From: Squalus acanthias
Taxonomy: Eukaryota
Assembly: GCA_030390025.1 (NCBI GenBank)
Contig: CM059432.1
Span: 147,872,001 to 147,936,000, forward strand
Reading direction: 5' to 3'
DNA length: 64,000 nucleotides
Shown here piece after piece: positions 49,640-62,380 of this stretch. Within the stretch, counting starts at the first letter, position 1; each line of letters opens with the position of its first letter. The notes under the pieces are model-generated. The model did not search any database. It had not been told where the DNA came from and saw only the letters and a program-made list of their open reading frames with translations. Made by a program: the position numbers and the translations under genes.

Positions 49640-50720
49640 ATGGTATTCCCTGTTGGATTCCTTAGTATGGTATGCAATTAAAATGGAGCTGGAAGAGCAC
49701 ACCAGGATGGAGGAAAGAAGATTCAGGCATTTGGGGATACAATGCCCTGAGGCCATTACTTGCTCAAAAGGATTATAGACCACACAGGTCCTATGAAGAC
49801 CTTAGTGAGGAGCTCCCTGTTACAAGAGTGCATTTCACTAAAGGGGCAATAGGTGTGCTGTGCCAGGTAGCGCGCAAAGACCCTCAGCCAAGATGATCTT
49901 CTGGACAGCGCTACCTGTGGCTGTGAAAGTGATGATCACACTCAACCTTGGTGCCACCGACTCATTTCAAGCAAACATGGGGAAATCTTTGCAATACAAC
50001 CAGGAGGGTCATCCAGGAAAGTATTAATCGGGTAACTGACACACTTTTTAGCAGAGCTGAGGGTGTAATTTGTCCAGTTTGCCATGACAGCGAGGCAGCA
50101 GAGTGATAGGGTTGTCCAGTTTATCACATTTCTGGATTCCTCAAAGTGTAGGGAGCAATAGATCGCGCCCACTTAGCATTCCAGCTCCTACCATTAGCCC
50201 CCTAAACCTTGTTAGGAGAAAGGAGTAACCCTCGCTAAATATCCAGATTGTGTGTGACCAGATGCAAAGAATCCTCCATGTCAGTGTCAGATTTGCTGGA
50301 AGTTGGAATGATACCTTCAAAATCAGGAATTGTGCAAGGAATTGTGCAAGGAAGTTAGTTAAGTATAGAGATGGCTTATGGGTGACAAGGCGTACCCCTT
50401 GCTGCCATAATTAAGGATCCTTCTAAGAGTTGCAAAAACAGCAGCTGAGGAGTGCTACAACAAGGCATATGCCTCCAGCAGAGTCATCGTGAGGACCATC
50501 AATGTACAGATTAAATATTCTGCATAATTGCAGCTTCTTGTGCCAGGCATGGCTTGGACGCACTAAAATGCCTGGATATGGAGATTCCTGAGGGAGCGGC
50601 TCTAGTTACTTTGGAGGCAGAGCCAGATGGACGAGACCATCAGGGACTCTGTCACTCAGGTGGACTCCTCAGTGACTGCTGCAAGGGGCATCAGAACATA
50701 AATTGCCAATGAGGCGCTCG
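49640..50720 (+). pseudogene. Decayed Harbinger transposase
   Basis: YRPHRSYEDLSEE, ALPVAVKV, VGAIDRAH, NIQIVCD, WLMGDKAYPL with many stops. Confidence 0.8.
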
Positions 50721-51616
50721 CATCTCTTTAACACAGCCTCCCTTTGTCACCACTGCTGTAACTCCCATCTTCAAACAAATGACAAGTCCTTCAATTCAGT
50801 ACCCATCCTACAACATCACATTAGACTTCTTTGGCCCGACATGACCATGCAAGTACTAATCATATGATTCAATAAATCAGCACAGAGTAAGTGCACCCTT
50901 TCCTATATGACTACAATATCCAAGAATAACAAAGCACAACATAAGTACACATTCTCCTTTATGACGATGACTGCAAAAGTGACGATAAGCTAAACTTATC
51001 TTTGCTCACACTGTGCTTCCCCAGATGTCTGAATATGCCCTTCTTTCTTCTTTTTGAATGCTACTCCGAGGTGCAACCTGAGGGCCTGTCTCCTTCTGTG
51101 GTATAAAAAGTCTCACGGCAACTTGCTTCTGGAAGAGAGCTGCTACTGGCTGCACCTCTGGTGCTGTGGCCTGGGCAGCCTGCTGTTGCCTCCTATGTGT
51201 CACTTGTGTGATGCTTTGAGGAGAAAGCATGCGCTGTTGCCCTGAAAAATGGTAGCCTCAGGCGAGTCAACTCCAACTGTTCCCATTCCACTGGGTCTTG
51301 GATTGGTCCCTGCTGGGCAGAAGTGTGGCTGGTCTGATGGCTACTATCAGATCCTGAAAATCCTGAAAGACAGCAGCACCAGGGACTGAAAGCTGGCATG
51401 CAGGTGCTGTCTAATCTTTCCTCAACTGTCACCAGAACTGCAGTCTGTGGTTCTGAGGAGGAGAAGGCATTGACTGGTCCTGGACTATTTCTCAGGCTGG
51501 GATCTGTTGCAGATTCCAATGAAGCTCCATTGATGTCTACAATAAAGAATAAAGCTTCCCTAATGTTTCATCACATGAGGGCTCCAGACAACAGGTTTAC
51601 ACCTGACAGTTGCTGC

Positions 51617-52155
51617 ACATCCTAAGAAAGGATATACTTGCCATAGAGGGAGTGCAGCGAAGGTTCACCAGACTGATTCCTGGGATGGCAGGACTGTCGT
51701 ATGAGGAGCGATTGGGTCGACTAGGCCTGTATTCACTAGAGTTTAGAAGAATGAGAGGGGATCTCATTGAAACGTATAAAATTCTGACAGGGCTAGTCAG
51801 ACTGGATGCAGGGAGGATGTTTCCCCTGGCTGGGGGGTCTAGAATGAGGGGTCACAGTCTCAGGATACGGGGTAGGACATTTAGGACTGAGATGAGGAGA
51901 AATTTCTTCACTCAGAGGGTGGTGAACCTGTGGAATTCTCTACCACAGAAGGCTGTGGAGGCCAAGTCACTGAATCTATTTAAGAAGGAGATAGATAGAT
52001 TTCTAGACACAAAAGGCATCAAGGGGTATGGGAGAGAGCGGGAATATGGTATTGAGATAGAGGATCAGCCATGATCGTATTGAATGGCGGAGCAGGCTCG
52101 AAGGGCCTGAATGGTCTACTCCTGCTCCTATTTTTCTATGTTTCTATGTTTCTAT
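51617..52155 (+). mobile_element. CR1 3' fragment, same subfamily as 15813-16492
   Basis: ORF 51610-52074 nearly identical in protein to ORF 15976-16494. Confidence 0.95.
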
Positions 52156-53224
52156 CCTCGGAGCCTGCACATAGATGTGATGTTCCTCCAGATGCCAGAT
52201 GCAGAGTTGTATCTACTGCTGCATGTACACCTGCTGCTAATGGGCACCATGACGTTGGCACAGCCATTGAGAATACAGGCCAGCTGGAGCCCCAAGCCTG
52301 CTTCCAGGTACGCTGCGGTGCTGAGCTACAGGGATGGTGCCAATAGGCAGTAAAATAGGGATACCTTCCTCACAACCATCTCATGCCACATCACCTCCAC
52401 TTCAGCAGCAATCAAACAAAGGGTCGGTGTTGGGCTGCTCTGTCACTGGCCTGCAGACACATGCCCGCACATCGAATTCCTTTTCTCTTCATCTTTACCT
52501 GTGATCTGTTAGTTTGCTCTTTCCTCACCCTTGGCAGGAATTGCCAATGGCTTGGGATGCCTTTTCAGCCTTTCCAAATTTTTGTCCCTCCATTCTTCCA
52601 CTTCCCTTTAATTATTCACATCCTTTTGGATTTCACCCACATGCAATTTTCGCTCCCCATCACCAGTGCACTCCCAGCACCCAGCCATTATCATATTGAA
52701 CGGCGGAGCAGGCTCGAGGGGCCAAATGACCTACTCCTGCTCCTACATCTTATGTTCTTATAAATCTGCACCTGGAGCAATAAATAATTAGGCAAATGTC
52801 GGCTTAGAAAATTGAGTGCTATTCACACATTACCAATCGGCAATATTTACATCAGTTCTTATCCATCAAGAATTGACTTATGCAAGTGCAATAAATTCTT
52901 CTTTTTTCTAATGGACCTGATTCTTGACTCAACTTTTACCCGCCAGATGGCTGCTGATTTTAAGTTGGATCTTAAATTGGTCAGCAACCCCACCTTGAAC
53001 AGCTAATTACAATAGCTTTTGTGTTAATATCAATGTAACTTCAATGCTACTACATTTCCTTGGGATGTCAGCCAGGTAGATTAATTCACACGATGGGGAG
53101 AAACAATGGGAGCTATCCCCCAGGTGTCAGTGAAATCCATCTGCAAATTCTGTCAAGCAGAAAATTGGATTTTGGGCAGAAATCTGGCTTTCTTGGTCTA
53201 TTTTTTCAGCTGTTTTCCTCTTTA

Positions 53225-54285
53225 GGGGTGAAATTGGTCCTCAGCGGTAGTGCAAAATGGGTACAACAACAACAACTTGTATTTATATAGCACCTTTAAC
53301 ATAGTAAAATGTCCCAAGGCGCTTCACAGGAGCGATTATCATACAAAATTGGACACTGAGCCACATAAGGAAATATTGGGACAGACAACCAGAAGCTTGG
53401 TCAAAGAGGTAGGTTTTAAGGAGCGTCTTAAAGGAAGATAGAGAGGCAGAGAGGTTTAAGGATGGAATTCCAGAGCTTAGGGCCTAGGCAGCTGATGTGT
53501 AAGAGGCCAGAATTGGGGGAACGCAGTGATCTCAAAGGGCTGTAGGGCTGGAGGAGGTTACAGAGATAGGGAGGGGGCGAAACCATGGAAGGATTTGCAA
53601 ACCAAGATGGGAATTTTAAAATTGAGGCATTGTGAGACCGGGAGTCAATGTAGGTCAGCGAGCACAGGGGTGATGGGTGAATGGGAGTTAGGACACGGGG
53701 CAGCAGAGTTTTGGATGAGTTCAGGTTTATGGAGGGTGGAAGATGGGATGCCAGCCAGGAGACCGTTGACATAGTCAAGTCTAGAGGTAACAAAGGCGTA
53801 AATGAGGCTTTCAGCAGTAGATGAGCTGTGGCAGGAGCGGATTCAGGCGATGTTATGGAAGTGGAAGTAGGTGGTTTTGGTGATGGCGCGGATATGTGGT
53901 CTGAAGCTCATCTCGGGGTCAAATATGACACCAAGTTTGCGAACAGTCTGGTTTAGCCTCAGGCAGTTGCCAGGGAGTGGGATGGAGTCGGTAGCTAGGG
54001 AACTGAGCTTGTGGCGGGGACCGAAGGCAGTGGCTTTGGTCTTCCCTATATTTAGTTGGAGGAAAGTTCTGCTCATCCAGAACTGGATGTCGGACAAGTA
54101 TTGTGAAAATTAGAGACAGTGGAGGTGTTGAGAGAGGTGGTGGTGAGGTGGAGTTGGGTGTTGTCAGCGTACATGTGGAACCTGACGTTCTTTTTTTTGG
54201 TGATGTAATAGCGAAGCGGAGTAAAACGTGCTGCTGATTCGCTATTGCTTGTTTCACGCTACTACCGAAGATCAATTTAACCCCC
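53225..54285. mobile_element. Short Harbinger-type MITE split by an L2 3' fragment (53262-54200, minus)
   Basis: Imperfect ~30-bp TIRs ggggtgaaattggtcctc.. / ..gaagatcaatttaacccc; L2 motifs between. Confidence 0.7.
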
Positions 54286-54404
54286 GTTACATAGAATTAC
54301 ATAGTCGTTTACTGCACAGAAACAGGATATTCAGCTCATCAGGTCTATACGTTTATGCACCAAACGAGCCGAGGTATCATCCTTGTAAATCTTTCTTGCA
54401 CTTC

Positions 54405-54500
54405 CTCTGACGAAGGATCATCAACCTGAAACATTAACTCTGTTCCTCTCTCCACAGATGCTGCCTGACCTGCTGTGTATTTCCAGCATTTTTTGTTTTT
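54405..54500 (+). mobile_element. Penelope-like tail with degenerate hammerhead
   Basis: CTGACGA..GAAACATT followed by the PLE tail. Confidence 0.7.
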
Positions 54501-55107
54501 ATAACTACTTTGGTTTTTTTAAATTCTACTCCTCTAGAAATGAACCCCAGTGCTTTGTTTGCACTTTTTATGGCTTTGTTAACCTGCGTTGCTAATGATT
54601 TGTGAATCTGTAGCCCCTTATTTTTATTTCAACAGAAAGCATTTTTCATAAGTGCTGAAAACCCGAGGATAGCCAATTGCAAGCGGTACCTTTTAATCTG
54701 AGAGTCTAAAATTTATCATCTGGAGAATAACTCCATGTTTGCCCTACTAACCATTTCACAACCTCTTGGTCTGAATTCATTTCAACCTAGTAAAGCATGC
54801 TGTCAAGGATGACTTACTTCATTGATTAACAGTATTGGACTACACTCCATTCAGTCTCTCTGCTCTCCCTATATAGGAAATGCTGTCTGAACAACGTCTG
54901 TTCAAATGCAGAACTTCAAATTTATCGTATTCCAAGTCTTGCTTTACCTAATTAAAAATGAGAAAATGGTGGAAACATTCAGCAGGCTAGGCAGCATCTG
55001 TGGAGAGAACAGAGTGCTGATGCTTCAGGTGGAGACACCCTTGGCTGAAGTCCTAAGCTCAGCATAGTTTCCTCAGTGAATACTATAACTGATGTTCTAC
55101 AGATCTT

Positions 55108-56039
55108 GGCCTTTTATAGAAAAACATGGAGACAAATTACATGCAGTCGAGAATTATTGAGGGGGTGAAATTCCTCTCTGCATTCGAGCTAACTTGAGTT
55201 AACTCCAATCTACTATCGCCTGTCTTCTCAGCATTCAGTTGGTGTTGTCTCTTCCAGCAGTCGCAGAGATCAAGAGACTGATTTTCTTCTTTGGAACATC
55301 CCACTGGTGGCTATTTCCAGGGCATTCCCACATGGAAGGAATGGATGGAGACCAGTAGCATTGGATTTCCACGCCGTTAGTGATTGACACACATTTCTGG
55401 AGGGCGGTGAAGTTTCCTCTTGAAGCAGTCAGGAATCTCATTATAATAGTTAATTGATGTGGGCAGGAACTCCGAGGCTTCTCAGATCGTTTTCAATGCT
55501 TTATGTAATTTCCAAGGCAATAAAAAATCACATCCAGGGTGCCAGGCAATGAGCAGTGCTTGCAGGTAAATTTATTGGGCCACAAAGAAACCCCAGTTGC
55601 AGTCTTGAGGCATTTCTGCCCCATGTCCCTTTTTCATAGCAAGTTGGTTCTCATGGACTTTGTGTAATAGTTCTTGGAGCCTAATTATCTGACCTGGGCT
55701 ATGTTGTGTAGGATAATAAATTCGATCGCTATTCTGGAGTTTAACTGATTTACTTTTGTGAAGGGTGAGGTTAGGAGGAACCTTTGCTAAAGTGACAAAT
55801 TAAATTGGGAAGAGCTTATTGTACACGGTCTGGAAAGAAGAGGCTTGATAGGCCAAATAACCTTTCCTTATTCTGTGCTTTTTGATGTTCTCTACAAGTG
55901 CCATTGGAGATACGGTGGGGGTCCACCTGAATGGCCAAGCAGTTTTGGCCCAAGTTAGCTCGAATGCAGAGAGGAATTTCACCCCCTCAATAATTCTCGA
56001 CTGCATGTAATTTGTCTGCATGTTTTTCTATAAAAGGCC
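55108..56039. repeat. 89-bp inverted repeat (55108-55196 / 55951-56039)
   Basis: Arms are reverse complements with one mismatch. Confidence 0.9.
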
Positions 56040-56677
56040 TGAGCTGAGATCTTCCGATCGCCTATTATGCCAGCAGAGATGGGACAGAGTGAGATTTCCG
56101 CCTGCCACAATGATGCACCCCAGAACCTGACTGTTTTTCTGTGTGAAGGCCCATTGAAATAATATTAAAGACTCTTCCTCCAGTTTGTGTGCCTGTAAGG
56201 GGCTAGAGGTTGATTGAGGCAGATGTATGCTTTCTGAACCTTTAATTCTTAAATACCCCCTCCACACAGGCCTTCCTTGTGTCAAGCATTGATCAGGTGC
56301 AAATATATTGTGTATTTCTGGCATTTGCACAGAATTTGACTCCGCCGGCACATATTAGGAAAAATTCATTTCTATGCCTCCGAAAAGTTCCAGCAGGAAA
56401 TCCCAGGACTGAAGGAACAAGCTCAAAGCCAGCATATCAGACAGGAGAAAGGTTCTACTGCATTATGCTGGAGTTACCCAGGCTTAACTTCAGCAGGAAA
56501 TCTGGGATCATTCATTTAGAACTGGCGGTGGGGGGCGGGGGGGTGGGGGATGACAAAGGAGGATGTTGCCATTGAGAATTTCAGTTATTAATGCCTGGGA
56601 AATGCTATTTGGGTCTGCTAAAAGTAAACTGTTACGATCCTCCATGTTTGTAAATTGTTTCACGAACCATTCCTCCT

Positions 56678-57197
56678 TTTTTTTATTTGTTCCTGGGATA
56701 TGGGCGTCGCTGACAAGGCCAGCATCTATTGCCTATCCCTAATTGCCCTTGAGAAGGTGGTGGTGAGCCGCCTTCTTGAACCGCTGCAGTCCGTGTGGTG
56801 AAGGTACTCCCACAGTGCTGTTAGGGAGGGAGTTCCAGGATTTTGACCCAGCGACGATGAAGGAACGGCCGATATATTTCCAAGTCAGGATGGTGTGTGA
56901 CTTGGAGGGGAACTTGGAGGTGGTGGTGTTCCCATGCGCCTGCTGCCCTTGTCCTTCTAGGTGGAAGAGGTCGCGGGTTTGGGAGGTGCTGTCGAAGAAG
57001 CCTTGGCGAGTTGCTGCAGTACATCTTGTAGATGGTACACACTGCAGCCACGGTACGCCGGTGGTGGAGGGAGTGAATGTTTAAGGTGGTGGATGGGGTG
57101 TCAATCAAGCGGGCTGCTTTGTCCTGGATGGTGTCGAGCTTCTTGAGTGTTGTTGGAGCTGCACTCATCCAGGCAAGTGGAGAGTATTCCATCACAC
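56678..57197 (-). mobile_element. LINE 3' end (CR1/L2 group); older opposite-strand copy at ~57270-57570 and short piece at ~40875-41030
   Basis: MEYSPLAWMSA..TTLKKLDTIQDKAARLI...SLHHRRTVAAV. Confidence 0.85.
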
Positions 57198-57760
57198 TTT
57201 TAAGGCTCTCATCGCTGGATAAATGGAAAATCTTCGTAGCAGCTCAAAAAAAGATGGCAAATAATGTCACATCCTTTAACAAGTTACTTCAACAGCACCA
57301 CCCTTGCCCGCAACCTCTACCATTGAGAAAGTCAAAAGCAACAACGTCATGGGAATAACATTACTTCCAGATTCCCCTCCAAGTCTCACACCATCCTGAC
57401 ATGGACATATATTGCCATTCCTTCATCATTGTTGGGTTAATTTCCCGGAATTCCCTACCTAATACCATCACTGGGAGCGTTATCACCACATGGATTGCAG
57501 CGGTTCAAGGAGAAGGCCCACCACCTCAGGGATGGGCAATAAACCCCACCTTGCCAGCATCGCCCACATCCTACAAAACAGACAAATATCACCAAAGGAA
57601 AAATGTACATTTAGTGAAGTCGCAAAATATCATGAGACATGCAGCTTTCAGTCTGTTAATATGGTCAATGCGCAGCAAAGGTAAATGAGGAGCTTCTCTT
57701 GCTTTTGAGGAAAATAAACTTTTGTAAATAAATATTGAACATTGGTCGTACAAAGTCTAA

Positions 57761-58634
57761 GGCCGCGATGTTGCCAGCGCTCAGAGGGCAGGTTTGGAGG
57801 CGGGTCAGAGGTTAAATTCGATTTGATTGATGGCGGGTTCCAATCCCGCCTCCAAACAGCTTTCCCAAGTGTCGGCTCCCCGATTTGCGAATGGACCCGA
57901 CACCTAGTGGCGGGAAGCGGATTAAAGGCAATTACCTGCCTATTAACAGGTACTTGTCAGTAGTTTTTCAGCCTGCTTTTGGATTTTGCCGCTTCTGGCT
58001 CGGGTTTCCCGACATCCAGACACCACGCCAGGTAAGTGTGGCGTGTTGTGAGTCTGGTGTAATGTTTGTGGAATGATGACAGCTGCAGAAGTGGTGTGAA
58101 GGATCCAGTGTTGCACATGGTGAGTTTCAGAGCAAGGTAAATGTTGGTTACTGCATTTTTAAAACATTTACAAATTCCTTTAGCTTACCAGTTTTTAAAT
58201 CCAACTATATGTCCAGTGCCACCTCACTGGGAGAACCTCTCTCACCAGTGACAGGTCACTTCTGTCACCTCACCTGCAGCTGCCATCTATTCCAGCATAT
58301 GGAGGGAGTCATTGGAGAGCCTGGGTGCAAGAGTTCACCTTTGTGCAGTGATTGTCAGTGTTTTCAGCACCTTAATGCTGTCAAGCACTGAGAAATCAAC
58401 AGTCAAAATCAAATTGTGCGTGGTCCCTTTAAGGAAACCGGCAGATGACGTGACATCAAATGACGTCATCAGACCCGCTTCCTGTTAATTGGCCGGCAAG
58501 ACCACAGGGCGGGGCTTAACAAGGTCAATCAAGGGAAAATCACGTCTGTGGAGCGGATGCAGCTGGGGGCGGGACTGGAAGCCGGAAACCAGCTGTCCTG
58601 CACCCAACCCGACAATGATCACAAAATCGCGGCC
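57761..58634 (-). mobile_element. ~870-bp non-autonomous Harbinger element (copy 3) with TAA TSD
   Basis: TAA|GGCCGCGAT ... AAAATCGCGGCC|TAA. Confidence 0.9.
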
Positions 58635-59059
58635 TAAACTTCAGAGGAAGCTGTAAACCACTCATGCTACTTTCCCGTATTTGACAGTATCATCCTTTAA
58701 TTATTCAGCAGCCTTGTGGCTCACTCAGAGCCATCAATTAGCACCATCATTGGAGCCCATTCCTACCATGGCACTAGTACTGGGCGCTAGCTCCACATGT
58801 CCCCCGATCTGCGGGATAGCAAACCTAATAGTACCATTGAAATCAGTGAAACCCTCTGCGATACGTCGCCTCTGTCATGGGCTCCATTATCGATGGTGCC
58901 TGAGCTGCCACATGCTGGAGGATGGTCTGCAGTGCTGAGAGACCAACCAGCAGGGTACTGCAGATGTGGGTCATGGGCACATCCCGTTAATACAGCATCT
59001 GTTGCACCGTGTTAGAGACCATCACCAGTGCCTGAAAATATGTTTGATATTTTTTTTGG

Positions 59060-59390
59060 TACAATTTGCACACAGCAAGGTCCCAAAAACAGCAATGAGA
59101 TAAATGATCAGATAATCTGTTTTTTTAATTATGCTGATTAAGGGATAAATATTGGCCAAGACACTGTGAGAACTGCCCTGCTCTTCTTCAAATAGTGCCA
59201 CAGGGTCTTTTATGTCCACCTGAAAGGGCAAGACAGGCTGTCATCCAAAAGATGACAACTCCAGCAGACAGCGCTCCATCAATACTTCATTGAAGTGTCA
59301 GCCTAGCTTATATGCTCAAATCTCTGGAATGGGGCTTGAACCCATGACCTTCTAACTCAGAGACAAGAGTGCGAGCACTGAACCAAGCCT
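59060..59390 (-). mobile_element. Diverged SacSINE1-like SINE
   Basis: Head with ggttcaagccc B box; body similar to 45399-45853. Confidence 0.75.
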
Positions 59391-60559
59391 GACACTCATA
59401 GTAGACCTGGAAGGTCATTAAAGGTTCTATGACACTGAGCAGTGGTGCATGGAGTCATTGTCACTCATGATCTAGGCCACCTACTTTAACTGCTGCTATG
59501 CTACCCCAAACAGGGCCTGCCTCTGTTGTCTACATTCTGAAGGAAGCACTTCAGCTGCATCATCAGAGAACCTGTGGTCTCCCTGCTCTCCAGAAGACCT
59601 GGCAGATATTGCTTGCAGGCCAAACCGTTCAATTGCCTTCTTCAAGACTTTCTCCTGTCTTGGCTACTTTGAGCTGCTACAGCCCCTTGAATCCTGCAGC
59701 AACTTACAAGATCCCCACCTCGAAAAGCTGATCTCCAACTTGGAAGGCAGATCTTGGAAACTATTCTGGACTTAGCCCACTTTCACCCAAGCAGAAAATA
59801 TAGACCATGCTGTACTGTGCCGAGGAGAACCAGAAACCTTATTCCGACTTATTATTCTCCAGCTGTTGCGTTCTCAGATCTACCTGGTTTGGTAAAAAGC
59901 AGAGCATGGCTGTTTTTCCACAGTGGAGGAGTGGGAAGAACGTCACTGTAGGCCATCCTTGTGAACCTTGGCGGGTTATTATAGAATGCTATTCGTAAAA
60001 GCCGGAGAGCAGGATATCCATCTAAAAAGCCTTCTGATCTGGGCCTTTCAGGTTTTTGTTACGAACCTGGTTTATTTGCTGTGCTGAACTGCTTTCCCTT
60101 TTTGCTGTATCCTGTATTTAGTGTAACAATAATAAGCCGTAACATTATCACTATTCCTCTCTAATGCCAATATAACCTGAGCAATTTGTACTTTTAGTTT
60201 CTCCCTGGGGCAGTTACAGATATACCTCTCCCCTTGCTCACCAAGCTTAATTCCTGAAATAATTCAGAACTAAAATAAACCCTTGTCTGGCTGAAGCTAG
60301 GGTCAAAGAAGTAATTTTGAATGAAAAAAAAACAGCCAAGTCCTACAACAGGGCGCAGACGTCCTCACAAACACAACTAATTGACTGTGACCTTGTCTGT
60401 GACGGTGACCCTTTCTGTTCCATCGCTGTCTTCACAATAATGGTAATAAAAATATTTCATCAAGGCCAGGGGGTTAAGTAACTTATATACGTCTATAAAT
60501 CCACATTTAGTATCTTTTATACCCTTGGAGACATCAGGTTTCAAGGTAACAGAGCCACA

Positions 60560-62010
60560 CATGACAACTGCAGAACCATTAGTCTGACCTCCATGACTGG
60601 AAAACGAATGGAATCAGTAATCAAAAACAAAATAGAAGAGTCCATTATAAAAATAACCCAACAAATAGCAGCCTGTTTGGATTCAGAAGTGTGGATCTTG
60701 TCTGGCTATCTCCGAGAGTTCTTTGAAGCGATGGCAACTTAAACTGACAGAGGGAAGCAATATGACCTCAGGCGTCCAAATGACCTACGACAGAGCATCT
60801 TTTCCACAGCAGGGTCAGTGAATATCAAGGGCAGAACATGGGTGTGGATCAGCAACTACCGAAAGAAAATTGATTGCGAGCCAGGTTGGAGGACCAATTG
60901 TGAGGTTGAGCAGAGGATAGAGTGTGAAGCTAAATGGACAATGGACTGTGAGGCCAAGTGGAGGGTCAGTTGTGAGTCGGAGCAGTAAAAGGTCAGATTA
61001 CTGTGGGCAAAGTAATGGAAGAGAATTTGGATTAGCTGAGAAAGGCAACAGTGATTGTGGCAGGTTGTACTAAGTCAATGAACATACGAACATACGAATT
61101 AGGAGCAGGAGTCGGCCACTCGGCCCCTCGAGCCTGCTCCGCCATTCAATAAGATCATGGCTGATCTGATTACTCCACATTCCCGCCTACCCCCGATAAC
61201 CTTTCACCCCCTTGCTTATCAAGAATCTATCTACCTCTGCCTTAAAAATATTCAAAGACTCTGCTTCCACCGCCCTCTGAGGAAGAGAGTTCCAAAGACT
61301 CACGATCCTCTGTGAGAAAAAAATTCTCCTCATCTCTGTCTTAAATGGGCGACCCCTTATTTTTAAACAGTGACCCCTAGTTCTAGATTCTCCCACAAGA
61401 GGAAACATCCTCTCCACATCCACCCTGTCAAGACCCCTCAAGATCTTATATGTTTCAATCAAGTCACCTCTTACTCTTCTAAACTCCAGCGGATACAAGC
61501 CTAGCCTGTCCAACCTTTCCTCATAAGACAAACCTGCCCATTCCAGGTATTAGTCTAGTAAACCTTCTCTGAACTGCTTCCAATGCATTTACATCCTTCC
61601 TTAAATAAGGAGACCAATGGTCACTATAAACTCTGCAGATTGTAAGTGAGTGAGAGAAAAAATAATAAACCACAGAAAAGACAGATATTGTAGACTCAGA
61701 GAAGACAGACAAGAATCTAAAAGCAGAGTTTGGCAGGACATGCACCTGGATTGATCTACAGCAAATTAAATACAATATGGACAAATGCAAGGTAATGCAT
61801 ATTGGAAGTAAAAATAGGAAGCAGATATTCCATGGGTGGACTTGCCGTGGGGAAAGGTAAAAGAGTCCTAGGATGTTAGTTGATTCATTGCTCGCCATGT
61901 CCAACAGTGTGAGGTGGCAAGAAACAGTGAACAGGATGCCTGGTTATATTACCTCAGAAGTTATCTCGAAGCTGTACAGTGTTCTGGTGAAGCCACACTA
62001 GGGACATTCT
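60560..62010. mobile_element. Old plus-strand CR1 with younger minus-strand CR1 3' end (61081-61616) nested inside
   Basis: NCRTISLTS, NMDKCKVMHIG (old); RVRGDLIETYKILRG..WNSLP (young). Confidence 0.8.
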
Positions 62011-62380
62011 GTCCAATTTCTGCTGTGCCTGTCATCACATCCCCATCACTCTGCATTGCCAACCCTACTCCTGCCCATCCTAACTCACCCCAACATCCCT
62101 TGCACCATCACCCATCCCTCTCTCCCTATGTACAGAATGTTGGACTATAACCTGGTGTTGTGCGACTTCTCATTTATGTACAGAATCACATCCCCATCTT
62201 ACTATGCACCCCTCACCCCCATCCTCAATGTTATGCAATGACAACTAACAACTTAAAAGGAGGAAACTTGGTATTGGCACTCCACTCCATCATAGTCTCC
62301 CTCTAAACATCTATCCTATCCATTCTTTACACTCATTCCATCACTCTCACTGAAACTCCACTTCTTTCCCTCATTGCAGG

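Noticed and set aside
59400..60130. Possible L1/Tx1 C-terminal remnant (VLCRGEPETL zinc-knuckle-like)
   Set aside because: Too decayed to call by eye.
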